Below are positions 8,501 through 19,017 of a DNA stretch of 64,000 nucleotides, piece by piece. The notes below the pieces were generated by a model that made no database searches, had not been told where the DNA came from, and saw only the letters and a list, made by a program, of their open reading frames with translations. The stretch lies in IMG/VR virus record IMGVR_UViG_3300037400_002732, positions 96,001 to 160,000 of that record; one strand, written 5' to 3'. The position numbers and the translations under genes are program-made. Origin of the DNA: a virus. Its lineage: Duplodnaviria > Caudoviricetes. Each line of letters begins with the position of its first letter. Position 1 is the stretch's first letter.

Positions 8501-10754
8501 GATTATTTTCAAGGAATTGGAATTCCGTAACTTCATGAGTTACGGTAATACCAAGAACGTGTTTGAATTTCATGACGGCCTTACTTGGTTGAGCGGTGAC
8601 AACGGCTTCGGTAAGTCCGCCATCGTCGAAGCGATGACTTTCGCCTTGCTCGGTGTCTCCTACCGTGGCGGAAAGAAGGAAGAGCTTCGTAACTCAAAGA
8701 ATGCCGAAGATGGCGTACCGACCACGGTGATGCTGACGTTCGATACGGATGATCCGTTGGACGGTTTGAACTCGTATCGCGTAACTCGAACGATTTCCGG
8801 CAAGACATCTACGGTCAAGTTTGTCATCGAAAAGATGGAAGACGGCGACTGGGTGACTCAGAATAAGCGAGCTGGATTCAGCCAGCAAGACTTCCAAGAC
8901 AAGATTCTGCAATTCAACGAAATCTTGTTCAAGAATGTCATTGCGATGAATACTCAAGAAACTTTGCCGTTCTTCATGCTGCCTCCAGCAGAAAAGCGCA
9001 AGCTTCTTGAATCTATCATTTCGCTGTCCCTTGATGTATGGAAGAAGGCTAACAGCAAGCGTCTGTCGGAAGCTACTGTGTCTCTCAATGTGGCTCAAGC
9101 CGAGTCTGACCAGTTGAAGGACGAAATCGCCGAACTCGCCAAGATTCTCAATCAAATGAAGGAAGAGCGTTCCGACAACTTGGAGCAGATGAAAGCTGAC
9201 TTGGCTACAAATGAGGCTACGCTTGCCGAACTGAATGCCAAGATTGACGAGCTGAACAATACTCGCCGCCAATGGAATGAAGACCTTAACGGTCTCAGCA
9301 AGAAGCTTCGCAAGGAATCTTCCGTAGATGCTCGCATCGAAGAAATTCGCAATACGACGAATAGCGTGGCGCAACTGGAATCTGCTAAGACTCAGTTGGA
9401 TGAAGCTCAAGCTGAATATGACCGAGTTATCCGTGATACCGCCAAGGACACCGAGGAAGTCCAGCGGGCTCGCGATAATCAGATTATTCAGCGAGACAAC
9501 ATCGATAAGTTGACTGATGAGAAGAATCGTTTGGAACGATCCGTTGCCTCCAAGGGAACAACGTTGGATTTGACCATTAAGCGTCGCGACGGATATGCTG
9601 AAACCGCCAAGTCGTTTGTGGTGGGCACACCGTGTCCTACTTGCGGTCATATTTCCGACGAGTCCGACTTGGAACGCCACAAGGAAACGTTGAGAGTCCA
9701 GTGGACTGAAGCCAACAACGAGGTGAAGGCTCTCAAGAAGGAAATCGCAGACATCAACAACGATATTGCAGAGCATGATCGGTTGATTGAGGAAGCAGAC
9801 AAGCTTGAAGCCGATTACGGCGGCACTGTTACCGTGTATGACGAAAACATTGCTCCGTTGATCATGAAGGCCCAAGGTTCTCTGGATGCGGCGAAGAACA
9901 ACTATGCAAAGTTGAGCCGAATTGCGTCTGGGTTTGACGCCGATGCAATCAATGCTGAACTTGAGTCGTTGAAGGCTGAGAAGGCTAGCTTCCCGGCAAT
10001 TCGCGAGGCATACGAAACTAAGGCAACCGAAATCAACGAACTGACCGACCAGATTGGCGAAGTCAATGGACAGATCAACCATGCCGACCGAGAAATCGAC
10101 CGTTTGAAAGGCGAAATCGAAAAGGCTGAAAATGCTACCGACGACGCGATCGCGGTCATGGAAAGCAAGATTACTCGCAATAAGGCAATGCGCCAAGATG
10201 CGTTGAGCCGTATGCAGAAGGCGAGCGATACCATGTTGATCTGCGATGTCGTTACAAAGATTTGCGCAGACCAAGGCGGTATGAAGCAGATGGTCTTCTC
10301 GATGTTTGTTCCGGCATTCAACAAGGCTGTCGCTCGTAATTTGAAGAGAGCTAACTTGCCGTTCAGTGTCCAGTTTACCGACTCGATGGACTTTATCTAC
10401 ACGCCGTATCCGGGCGGCGCACCGTCCTACAAGATGCTGTCTCAAGGGCAGCATAGAAAGTTGGACTTTGCGGTCGCTATGGCATTCCGCGACTTCGTGG
10501 CCCTCATTGGAAACTTCAATGTCAACTTCTTGTCTCTCGACGAAGTGCTGGATATTTCCACTGACGACAACGCTATGCGCGACATGCTTGACTTGGTGAA
10601 GGACATGCTCGATGAAATCGGATGTGCCGTCATTATCACCCATCGTGGGTCTGTCGTGGCCGATAAGTTCGATTATCGTCAGAAGGTAACGAACAACGGT
10701 ATGTACTCCATGTTGACTCCGTTGAAGCCGATGTGGATGAAAGAAGCCAGTTAA
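8493..10754 (+). CDS. gp46: gp46/SbcC/Rad50-like recombination ATPase
   Basis: FRNFMSYGN, Walker A GDNGFGKS, long coiled coil with CPTCGH zinc hook, LSQGQ signature, LDE Walker B, IITH. Confidence 0.9.
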   Translation: MHKIIFKELEFRNFMSYGNTKNVFEFHDGLTWLSGDNGFGKSAIVEAMTFALLGVSYRGGKKEELRNSKNAEDGVPTTVMLTFDTDDPLDGLNSYRVTRTISGKTSTVKFVIEKMEDGDWVTQNKRAGFSQQDFQDKILQFNEILFKNVIAMNTQETLPFFMLPPAEKRKLLESIISLSLDVWKKANSKRLSEATVSLNVAQAESDQLKDEIAELAKILNQMKEERSDNLEQMKADLATNEATLAELNAKIDELNNTRRQWNEDLNGLSKKLRKESSVDARIEEIRNTTNSVAQLESAKTQLDEAQAEYDRVIRDTAKDTEEVQRARDNQIIQRDNIDKLTDEKNRLERSVASKGTTLDLTIKRRDGYAETAKSFVVGTPCPTCGHISDESDLERHKETLRVQWTEANNEVKALKKEIADINNDIAEHDRLIEEADKLEADYGGTVTVYDENIAPLIMKAQGSLDAAKNNYAKLSRIASGFDADAINAELESLKAEKASFPAIREAYETKATEINELTDQIGEVNGQINHADREIDRLKGEIEKAENATDDAIAVMESKITRNKAMRQDALSRMQKASDTMLICDVVTKICADQGGMKQMVFSMFVPAFNKAVARNLKRANLPFSVQFTDSMDFIYTPYPGGAPSYKMLSQGQHRKLDFAVAMAFRDFVALIGNFNVNFLSLDEVLDISTDDNAMRDMLDLVKDMLDEIGCAVIITHRGSVVADKFDYRQKVTNNGMYSMLTPLKPMWMKEAS

Positions 10755-10773
10755 GTTATGCCTCGGTTGCATG

Positions 10774-10785
10774 AACTGATAAACT
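10774..10785 (+). promoter_or_regulatory. Late promoter motif AACTGATAAACT
   Basis: Perfect copy 23 nt before ATG 10809, in the loop of a 14-bp stem (10760-10802). Confidence 0.75.
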
Positions 10786-10808
10786 AGGCGTGTAACCGAG
10801 GCTTTCTC

Positions 10809-13800
10809 ATGGCTGGATTATTTGACTTCGAACATTACTACAAGGAAATGAATATCAAAACTGACATCAAGCTCGATGTCAGTGATATTCCTATGAAGAG
10901 TTCCGCCACTTCGTCCGTTATGAACGAGGATGGTACGATCGATGAAGTCAACATGAATGAACTCGTCACGAATAACGTGATGTATAAGATTGCCGTTATT
11001 TATGTCAACGGCGCCAAAATTCCTACTGGCTCTCGTATCGTATTGACGACCAATTCTATTGAAGACGATTCAGCGGTCACTACGGTTAATACCTATTATC
11101 TGGCTGTTGGATATCCGTTGGATGACCTTGTGTCGTCCGGTCTGTATGATATACCGGAAACTCGTTCCGTACTTCCGAATATTACCTTGAATGTCGGCGA
11201 AACTCAACTTGACAATGGCGTAACTTTGGCTGGCATGAAGCTGTGCTCGAATAATGAAAGCGATACTCACGGAACCGACATCGCGTCGGTGACATTGCAA
11301 GTCATTCCTCGCGTTCGTCTGGAAAATCCAGACGCCAAGCTGGACATGACACCGTATGATCCGTCATATCCGAACACTGACCAAAATTTCTGGCATGAAG
11401 CCAATTACTTGAATACTGTTCGCGCTCTTGCTGGAGTTGGCTTGATGGGCAGTATGTACAAGGGTATGAAGTGGTATGATTCCAAGGCATACAAGGCCGC
11501 TGGCGTTTACGGTTATGATTCGTTTGTCAAAATGGTCAATAACTTGTCTAAGGTGGCAAAGGAAAATAACCTCGGTATCAAGACATGCTTCTATGACCGT
11601 TCATACATGGACAAGGTGACATACACTAACACGATGTCGAAGTGGGCTTACTTGAGGGCCACGATACGCGCTGACTGGACTAGGACGGATATTAAGAAGA
11701 ACGCCAAGGCGAATGCCGTGTACGGAAGCCCGGTTGCTGCGTTCGAGTCCAAATGTCGCTCACGTTCGGACGATCCTCTGCCGAACATTATCAAGGACGG
11801 TTCTACTGCTCTGATTCCGACCGTGTCGGACGTGTTCAAGAAATTGTATGAAAGCAAGGAAGACCTTGCGCAAGAATTTACTGACCAGTTTTTCGAGACT
11901 TACAAAAGCATCACCAGCATCAAGGGCGTAAGAAGGTTCATGTCGAGTTCGCTCAAGAGAAAGCTGGATTCGGCTAAGTGGGCCTTGAAGAAGGCCGGTA
12001 AAGGCGAACCCCAGTACATGTTGGATCTGGCGTCATGCCGAAATTATCTTGAGTATCTGGACGATCAGCCAGCGTTTACTCATCCAGTCGATGCGGTTGT
12101 CTCACATCCGTCCAATCCTACGTTATATCGTAACTTTACGAATTGCGTACGAATGATTAGCGAATGGGGTTTTAACGTCAAGGTAAATACTGGTGCCACC
12201 GCTGATTTGACGAAGTACTTTGTCGGTACTTATCATGGGCCGGACTACAACAAGGATCTGTATGCCTTGCATTATGACACTATGGGTGAAGATGGTTATG
12301 CCGATTGGCAAATTTCTTCGTCCAAGGTGAAACTGTCCGAAGTCAAACAGATGCTTTGCGATTACTATACCGGGTTTTACAACGCTAAGTTTAACCACGA
12401 GGAAGGTTCTGATCTTTACGTCAAGTGGTTCTACAACCCAGCTGGCAATTCTTCTGAAGAAAAGTATCGAGGCACCATCACGTACGATGACGGAACTGGT
12501 ACGATGGTTACCAAGGAATTTGGTATTGCCGATTACCAAGAAGGTAAAGACGGTTCGTTTGTTCAAGATCCAACCAATATTCGTGATGCAGTCATCAAGG
12601 GCAATACGGTTATACTTTATACTGGTACGTCTCGCGCATACATTGACATCATGCTTCGAATAATCAGTGCTCTGTACCAGTCCGTTGAATCTGATCGTGG
12701 TCTTGATTATTACGAATGGGTGAATTTCTATACCGCGTACTTCTCGAATGATGACTATGAAATCAGTATTGTCGATTGGGACAGTGCATCGACGGCAAGC
12801 GACCTCATTAACTTGAGCGAATTTTATCCGTCATACATGACACTTGATGACATGGGTCAGGCGGAGGATTATACGATTAACGACAGTGTCTACTTTGCCG
12901 AAAACGTGATGGAAGAAGCACTTGATGAAATCGATACCATATTGAGCGTACAAGGTTTATTGCTTGGGCCGACATTCTTGCTAATCCAGAAGTTGAGGCT
13001 GCGCGGAGCTAATAGCGAATACGCCGAGCTTCAGAATGTCATCAATAGGATAAAGTGGTATCAGATATACACGAATGAATCTGTGTTTGACAACAAGACC
13101 TTTATAGGCACTCGACTGGATTATTCATACGAAACGTGTCCGTACTTCTATATGCCAGCGCGTTTCCTTATTCCGGTAGAAATGTACCGAAGGGTTCGCA
13201 TAAAGTATAGACGCCTATTCCGTACTCGACATAAGACGGTGAAGCGTTCGATTGGCGTTCGTTGGTGTGAAGTTACTTTTGTAGACAACGATGTCTACGA
13301 AGCGTATCCGCAGAATTCGGATGTACCTCAGCAGTTCTACCCGATTGGCCGCAACGCAGCGGTTTCTACGGTTGGCGATACGACTACGTTCACGTTTGAT
13401 ACTCCGATTGAGGGCGATGCCGCCGATCAGATTGACGTAGGCGATGTTACTAAGTTTAATGAAGGCTCGCTATTGTTGGTGAGCATGGACGGCGTAGAAG
13501 TTCCAGTCAAGTTCAATAATGCGTACAAGTTTACCTCGGACGCAGTTGAAGGAATTGGTGCCTCCGTCTATGTTGTCGGAATTTATGTTCCGCTTGAAAA
13601 TACGGCTAAATCCGATGAACGAACCAAGGTTCGTGTCGAGTACAAGATGCCGTATATACCGTATGATTCCGAATTGCGCCGCTGGGCGTTCATGAACTAC
13701 GGTGCATTCGACCAAGACAAGTATGCCTCAGATACTCGTGAAGTTCCAGCAGACCCAGACAGCAAAACGCCGGGCTGGGTGATCTTCAAGAACAGTTCGA

Positions 13801-15485
13801 AGCGTATAGGCGACTTGCGAGCCAGCATGGGCATTTATGATGCGGTTGCCATCTTGATGGGCATCTTGAGAAATACGTTCGGCGTGTCATGCGTCGAGCT
13901 AGTCGAAACCATGCGCTCCAAGGATGACCAAGAACTGATGTGTTCTGGCGGCGGTGAAAGCACTTTCTTGTCATGGCACAACTATGGGTTGGCCGTCAAG
14001 ATTTTGATCAACGACCCTTCGACTGGAATGCCTATCGAGGACGGTTCGCCGCAGTTCTTGAAACTTATTGATGTTGCTGAAGGATTTACTAACGCTTGCT
14101 ACAACGGCGCGTTCGGTAAGCCGCTTAATGTCGTATGGTGTGGTCGTCTGAAACTTGGCGCGAATAACTTCGTGTGGGAATTCTTGCCCATTGGCGTAGG
14201 TCACAAGGATGCGATGAAATTCCGCGAAGCCCTTCTCAACCAGGAAGACCCGGTGAAAAGCGTTGGTTTCGTGAATGTAGATGCCGCTGGGTTGGTATAT
14301 CCAGCCAAGCCAGCAGATAAGGTGCCGTACATTTTGTCGTCAAGCTCGTCTTACAAGAATGCACTGATTATCAATGGGCAGCATTATGTAAGCCCAAGAA
14401 ACATCAGGAATTACAAGACTCCGCATGACCTCGTGCTTATGAATGTGATAGAATTCTGCAACTTGATCCGTACAAAGATGCAAGCCAATGGTTCGTCGCT
14501 GAATGCTCGCGGAAGCATGTATGAATGGAAGACTCTGAATGACCGTGCATACAAGCAGCTTTTGCTGTACTACGGATTGACCGGAAGCTTGACTGCGGCA
14601 AGGGCCCTCGTGTGTGGTGAATACGTGGAAACTTACAAGGATGCCATCGACCGCAAGTACACCGAAGACTTGGTGGAAATGGTTAAGGATGTTCTCGGAA
14701 ACCTTTATTCTGAAGCGAAGGTTTATGTCGAGGATGCCGCCGACGGCGGTGCATGGCTTACGTTGTCTGACGGTAAGTTGCATTTGAAGACAAGCGACAT
14801 CCGTCCAGTATATACCCAGAAGTCTAAGGACAACTTCTACGGCGAACGTATTGCTCCGCTGGAATGTACCGAACGCGGTCTGTATATTGACGGCGTATTC
14901 CGTAACGAGGAATGGCTGAAACTGAATGAAGCCGAACTAGCTAAGAAAGGATTTATGCTTGAAATGGTTAGCGACAAGAGCTTCATCGATGGGTTCAAGA
15001 ATGGTAAGGTGACTGGCGATGACGCGTTGCTGCTTCATTCTCTGGTGGCAACCCAGATCAAGGAAGAGTTCGACAAGTTGCGTGAACTGTTTGAAAATTA
15101 TGGTGGAAGCATTATGTATGACCATTTCGTCGATGGCCCGAATGCGTCCATGGCGGATATGGTCGAGAATGAGTTTGGCTTGATTTCCGGCCAAGACTTG
15201 ATAGATTTCGATAATCTTCGTGCGATTTTCGCCCAGAAGAACATCGAGGATAACGCTCGTCGTAATTCCGACGGAACCATTCAAGGTGCTGGTGGGGCAG
15301 AAAACGACATATTTGAAAAGGTCGTGTCCAATGCCGAACTGGCTGGCGTCCGCAAGGCAAGCTTGACCAAGGAACATATCAATGTCACGGTTACGCCGAA
15401 TACGATGACTACCGAAGAGCTGTACCGAGTCGTAATGCAAGGCAGTATGACTAGGGCGAACGACATGTTTAGTAAGAAGAAATAA
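10809..15485 (+). CDS. Large putative virion protein with a degenerate M15-peptidase-like domain
   Basis: 1558 aa with late promoter; ETMRSKDDQ..SWHNYGLAVK..VVWCG segment. Confidence 0.6.
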   Translation: MAGLFDFEHYYKEMNIKTDIKLDVSDIPMKSSATSSVMNEDGTIDEVNMNELVTNNVMYKIAVIYVNGAKIPTGSRIVLTTNSIEDDSAVTTVNTYYLAVGYPLDDLVSSGLYDIPETRSVLPNITLNVGETQLDNGVTLAGMKLCSNNESDTHGTDIASVTLQVIPRVRLENPDAKLDMTPYDPSYPNTDQNFWHEANYLNTVRALAGVGLMGSMYKGMKWYDSKAYKAAGVYGYDSFVKMVNNLSKVAKENNLGIKTCFYDRSYMDKVTYTNTMSKWAYLRATIRADWTRTDIKKNAKANAVYGSPVAAFESKCRSRSDDPLPNIIKDGSTALIPTVSDVFKKLYESKEDLAQEFTDQFFETYKSITSIKGVRRFMSSSLKRKLDSAKWALKKAGKGEPQYMLDLASCRNYLEYLDDQPAFTHPVDAVVSHPSNPTLYRNFTNCVRMISEWGFNVKVNTGATADLTKYFVGTYHGPDYNKDLYALHYDTMGEDGYADWQISSSKVKLSEVKQMLCDYYTGFYNAKFNHEEGSDLYVKWFYNPAGNSSEEKYRGTITYDDGTGTMVTKEFGIADYQEGKDGSFVQDPTNIRDAVIKGNTVILYTGTSRAYIDIMLRIISALYQSVESDRGLDYYEWVNFYTAYFSNDDYEISIVDWDSASTASDLINLSEFYPSYMTLDDMGQAEDYTINDSVYFAENVMEEALDEIDTILSVQGLLLGPTFLLIQKLRLRGANSEYAELQNVINRIKWYQIYTNESVFDNKTFIGTRLDYSYETCPYFYMPARFLIPVEMYRRVRIKYRRLFRTRHKTVKRSIGVRWCEVTFVDNDVYEAYPQNSDVPQQFYPIGRNAAVSTVGDTTTFTFDTPIEGDAADQIDVGDVTKFNEGSLLLVSMDGVEVPVKFNNAYKFTSDAVEGIGASVYVVGIYVPLENTAKSDERTKVRVEYKMPYIPYDSELRRWAFMNYGAFDQDKYASDTREVPADPDSKTPGWVIFKNSSKRIGDLRASMGIYDAVAILMGILRNTFGVSCVELVETMRSKDDQELMCSGGGESTFLSWHNYGLAVKILINDPSTGMPIEDGSPQFLKLIDVAEGFTNACYNGAFGKPLNVVWCGRLKLGANNFVWEFLPIGVGHKDAMKFREALLNQEDPVKSVGFVNVDAAGLVYPAKPADKVPYILSSSSSYKNALIINGQHYVSPRNIRNYKTPHDLVLMNVIEFCNLIRTKMQANGSSLNARGSMYEWKTLNDRAYKQLLLYYGLTGSLTAARALVCGEYVETYKDAIDRKYTEDLVEMVKDVLGNLYSEAKVYVEDAADGGAWLTLSDGKLHLKTSDIRPVYTQKSKDNFYGERIAPLECTERGLYIDGVFRNEEWLKLNEAELAKKGFMLEMVSDKSFIDGFKNGKVTGDDALLLHSLVATQIKEEFDKLRELFENYGGSIMYDHFVDGPNASMADMVENEFGLISGQDLIDFDNLRAIFAQKNIEDNARRNSDGTIQGAGGAENDIFEKVVSNAELAGVRKASLTKEHINVTVTPNTMTTEELYRVVMQGSMTRANDMFSKKK

Positions 15486-15488
15486 AGG

Positions 15489-15500
15489 AATTGATAAACT
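15489..15500 (+). promoter_or_regulatory. Late promoter motif variant AATTGATAAACT
   Basis: 23 nt before ATG 15524. Confidence 0.7.
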
Positions 15501-15523
15501 GCGTACAAAGCTATTGGGTAGTT

Positions 15524-17089
15524 ATGTCCGCACGTTTACTAATTAAAAAGTACACCGGAAAGGATGGCGACTTCGGTACGCCAGTTTCGTCTATTGGATT
15601 GAAGCGAGTTGACACTTGCGTTCCTTCGGTTTACAGCTCGGCTGCCTTGGAAGGCACTGGGCATACGGTTCCAGCGGACGACGCTTCTGAAGCCAATGCT
15701 TATTGTATTTATCGTCCAGACAATCCAGAGTGCTACTCGTACTCGATGGAAAGCGTTTTCAAGATCCATCTTGTGAAAGCTCCAGATGTCCAGCTTAGCA
15801 ACATTAGACTCTATCCAGTCGGAGAAAGGCCCACTTCACCTACTGCCGCAAAACTTTACATAGGCAACTCTATTTCTTATAGCCGCCCAACAGACCAGAA
15901 ATCTCAAATTGCACTCAATGACATCTGGAACTATTCCAAGGAACATCCATTCTACTTGACAGTCGCCGGACTGTTCGGACAAGTGCCAGACCCGCGTCTG
16001 AGCAAGACCGAATACAACGTAGACTATAAGGACTGTGGCTTTGGAAACTTGATTTATATTGACGGCGATCGTCAACCGACTCTAACGGTCGCAACTCGCA
16101 CGAACGATGATACTGTGGTGTACGAGTTCAAGAACCAGTCGTTCACCAAGGGAAAATACGAACACTCCTTTATTGAATTTGTTAAGGTTGACCCGACAAA
16201 ACCGACGTTTGAAGGAACCGCGAATGTCCTTGGATGGCCGTATGTCTATAATCCGACCGATTCTGAAGGAAACCTTGATTACGACACGGTTTGCTTGGTA
16301 GTGAAAGACAAGGCGCAAGGCATTGACTTGATTAAGGAATGTCCGGCTGGCCTCATTTACAAGCGTCCTACGGATGCTAAGGGTTATCACTTCGGAACTG
16401 GCGGCGCAATCCAGACGGTTTATCTCTACAACGGAAAGCCGGGTACTTATGGAGAGGCTAATCCAGCTTATGTTCCTACCGAATGGCATAAGACATTGAT
16501 TAACGAAAGTACTGGCGCAGTCACTACCGAGCCAGCAGCTTCTCCGTTCATCGGAACTGATCCGAAGACTGGTAAGCCTCTGTTCCAGTTTGACGTTTGT
16601 GTGGAGAATGACAACTTTGGCCACAGTGGATATGTCATGAATGGCGTACGCCGTCCTATGCTGACGTTCGACCTTAATGCGGTTTACGCATTCCGTAACC
16701 GTTCTGGCGCAGCGTTCCCATTGAGATTCATTGGCAATCCGTTCTCTCCTATAGCCAACTTCATCGACGACGTTGTTGTAGACGGCGTTACCGTCGTGGA
16801 CGGTGCGACCGACAACGAACTTATTTACGTCGATCCGGAGAAAGTATTCAAGGCTGGAAAGAAGATTAACGCATATCAGTGCGTGACGGCACCGGAATTG
16901 GGCAGCTTTGTCCATAATGCGCCGCTTTGCATGTGTGGAAACTACAACTTGTGCCGTGTAGACGGAGGCATTTACAACCCATTAAAGGCTGGCGAGACTG
17001 ACTATGTGTACTTGCAGCTAGAGGTTAGTGGCCAATCAGATCCAGGTTACAGCGTACCGGATATCGAAATCGAGTACGACGAAAATTAG
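15524..17089 (+). CDS. Putative virion structural protein
   Basis: Late promoter; beta-rich sequence; RPMLTFDLNAVYAFRN..FPLRF module; start moved to MSARLL. Confidence 0.6.
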   Translation: MSARLLIKKYTGKDGDFGTPVSSIGLKRVDTCVPSVYSSAALEGTGHTVPADDASEANAYCIYRPDNPECYSYSMESVFKIHLVKAPDVQLSNIRLYPVGERPTSPTAAKLYIGNSISYSRPTDQKSQIALNDIWNYSKEHPFYLTVAGLFGQVPDPRLSKTEYNVDYKDCGFGNLIYIDGDRQPTLTVATRTNDDTVVYEFKNQSFTKGKYEHSFIEFVKVDPTKPTFEGTANVLGWPYVYNPTDSEGNLDYDTVCLVVKDKAQGIDLIKECPAGLIYKRPTDAKGYHFGTGGAIQTVYLYNGKPGTYGEANPAYVPTEWHKTLINESTGAVTTEPAASPFIGTDPKTGKPLFQFDVCVENDNFGHSGYVMNGVRRPMLTFDLNAVYAFRNRSGAAFPLRFIGNPFSPIANFIDDVVVDGVTVVDGATDNELIYVDPEKVFKAGKKINAYQCVTAPELGSFVHNAPLCMCGNYNLCRVDGGIYNPLKAGETDYVYLQLEVSGQSDPGYSVPDIEIEYDEN

Positions 17090-17100
17090 AAAATGTGACC

Positions 17101-17112
17101 AATATATAAACT
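17101..17112 (+). promoter_or_regulatory. Late promoter variant AATATATAAACT
   Basis: ATAAACT core in the intergenic gap. Confidence 0.55.
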
Positions 17113-17158
17113 ATTCGAAAATTCGAGCCATACTGGCTTCATGATAAGGACTTACAAT

Positions 17159-18997
17159 ATGCAGACGCAGACAGAAACTATCCAACAGAAGGCTATGAAG
17201 GACATCTTCGCTTTGGACGAAGGTGTTAGCCTGTGTGAATCTTTCGGTAGCCAGCTTGACTTGGGCTTGCCGGATGCCGAAGATGATACTCCAAAGGACT
17301 TCAATGACATGCTCGAAGTCAATCCGAGTAATGAACCCATGGAATACGGTGAAAATTTCATGAGTGAAGGCGATGACATGGCCGACAAGCAGACACAGCA
17401 GTTTGTTGTGGACGAGTTTGCTAAGCAAGCTGCAGAACTTCCGGACGGAAGCATTAGTGCAGCTGACATTACTGGCATTTCCTCAATTATTCAGATGAAC
17501 AACCATATTACTGGTGACATCCGTTCCTTCATTGACCAGACTATCAAGCATGCAGTTCAGGCTCAACAGCAGCAGAACGTTTCTGATGCTCAGCCGAATG
17601 GTACTGTTGCTCAAGACATTGCCAAGACTGGCGATGAAACTGCCGACGCTGGCCTTGGTGCTGACGCTGGCTTGGGCGCAGAAGGTGGAATTCCGGCTAT
17701 GGAACCGATCGATCCGACGGCTGCTCCGGCTCTTGATGCCAAACCGGACGCTGGCCTTGGCGGCGACCTCGGTGGCGATGTAGGCGATCCGCTCGCCGAC
17801 ATGAACGGCATTGGCGATGACCTTAACGGCGTTGGCGATGACCTCGGCGGTGACCTCGGTGGAACTGACGACGGCCTTGGTGGCGACCTCGGTGGTGCCG
17901 ACACTGCTGGTGATGACCTCGGTGCTGGTCTTGACAGCATTAACGCTGATCTCGACGCTGAAGCTGGTGCTGATGCTGGTACTGATGCTGGTACTGACGC
18001 CGGTGCTGACGCTGGTACTGAACCAGCCGCAGACTCTGGCAGCACTGGTGGCGACGAACTTGACAACTTCCTCGACGCCGATGACGGTGCTGACGATGGT
18101 GCCAAGGATGCTGACACTGGTGACGACAAGGGTGCCGAAAAGGGTGACGACAAGGGTGCCGAAGGAACTGACGACAAGAAGTCTGAAGACGATGACGATT
18201 CCGACTTCAACTTCGAAGCCATTGCAACTAAGGCTCGTGGCCTTGTTGAAGGCAATGAAGCTCCGGTTACTAACACTGAAGTTCCGGCTGACGACGCTTC
18301 TACAGATGCTGGCGTACAAGCTGGCGGCGATACTGCTACTACTGACCTCGGCGATGCTGCTACCGATACACCGGCTGACCCGGCTGCTACGGATACTCCA
18401 GCAGATGAATGCGCTGACAAAGCAAGCAAGTTCGAAGCTCAGATTGAATCCATCGTATCTCAGACAAAGATGAAGATGGCTGCACAGAGGGCTCGCGCCG
18501 TTCTCGAATCCTTCCATAAGGAACGTGAACGCACCAATACTCTTGCCAAACTCGAAAGTATTGTTTCGAATCTGAAGAAGACTGCGAAGACTGAATCTAT
18601 CGTGTCTAACTTCGCCAAGGAATCCAAGAAGCAAGCTGCTCTCGAAGCCATGGCAGACAAGGTGTTGGCTAAGCCAGTACCCCAGCCGACTTTTGAATCC
18701 GTGATGAGCGCGATTGACTCCACTCTCGCCAAGAAGCCGACGATGAGCGTGTCTGCCGAAGCAGACAAGATCATCGCTCAGTTCGAAGCTCAGCATGGTG
18801 TAAAGAAGGCTCCGGTAGAAGACCCGCGTCTTAAGAAAATCAACAGTGTGCTTGAATGCGCTGCAGCTAAGGCAAAATCCGAAGAAAAGCTTTCTGAAGA
18901 CTTGACTAGTCTTCTTGAAAGTGCGCAGAATGCAAAGGCTACCTCTGACCTTGACAAGCAACTCATGGCACTTGTAGCTCAAGTAAAGAACGCTTAA
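17159..18997 (+). CDS. Acidic low-complexity putative prohead core/internal head protein
   Basis: AAGGA SD; G/D/A repeats (GGDLG, DAGTDAG, GDDKGAE); many (L/F)E(S/A) motifs; strongly biased codons. Confidence 0.6.
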   Translation: MQTQTETIQQKAMKDIFALDEGVSLCESFGSQLDLGLPDAEDDTPKDFNDMLEVNPSNEPMEYGENFMSEGDDMADKQTQQFVVDEFAKQAAELPDGSISAADITGISSIIQMNNHITGDIRSFIDQTIKHAVQAQQQQNVSDAQPNGTVAQDIAKTGDETADAGLGADAGLGAEGGIPAMEPIDPTAAPALDAKPDAGLGGDLGGDVGDPLADMNGIGDDLNGVGDDLGGDLGGTDDGLGGDLGGADTAGDDLGAGLDSINADLDAEAGADAGTDAGTDAGADAGTEPAADSGSTGGDELDNFLDADDGADDGAKDADTGDDKGAEKGDDKGAEGTDDKKSEDDDDSDFNFEAIATKARGLVEGNEAPVTNTEVPADDASTDAGVQAGGDTATTDLGDAATDTPADPAATDTPADECADKASKFEAQIESIVSQTKMKMAAQRARAVLESFHKERERTNTLAKLESIVSNLKKTAKTESIVSNFAKESKKQAALEAMADKVLAKPVPQPTFESVMSAIDSTLAKKPTMSVSAEADKIIAQFEAQHGVKKAPVEDPRLKKINSVLECAAAKAKSEEKLSEDLTSLLESAQNAKATSDLDKQLMALVAQVKNA

Positions 18998-19017
18998 ACT
19001 TCATATTGTTCTCCTGG

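Noticed and set aside
8694-10772. Long antisense ORFs (692 aa here; also 17483-18982, 24033-25427, 7472-8536, 48442-49584 and others)
   Set aside because: They shadow well-supported genes, have no motifs or RBS, and are expected from the sense-strand codon bias.
17640-18200. GC-rich repeats as a mobile element or DGR
   Set aside because: They are low-complexity Gly/Asp/Ala coding repeats; no reverse transcriptase or TR/VR pair was seen.
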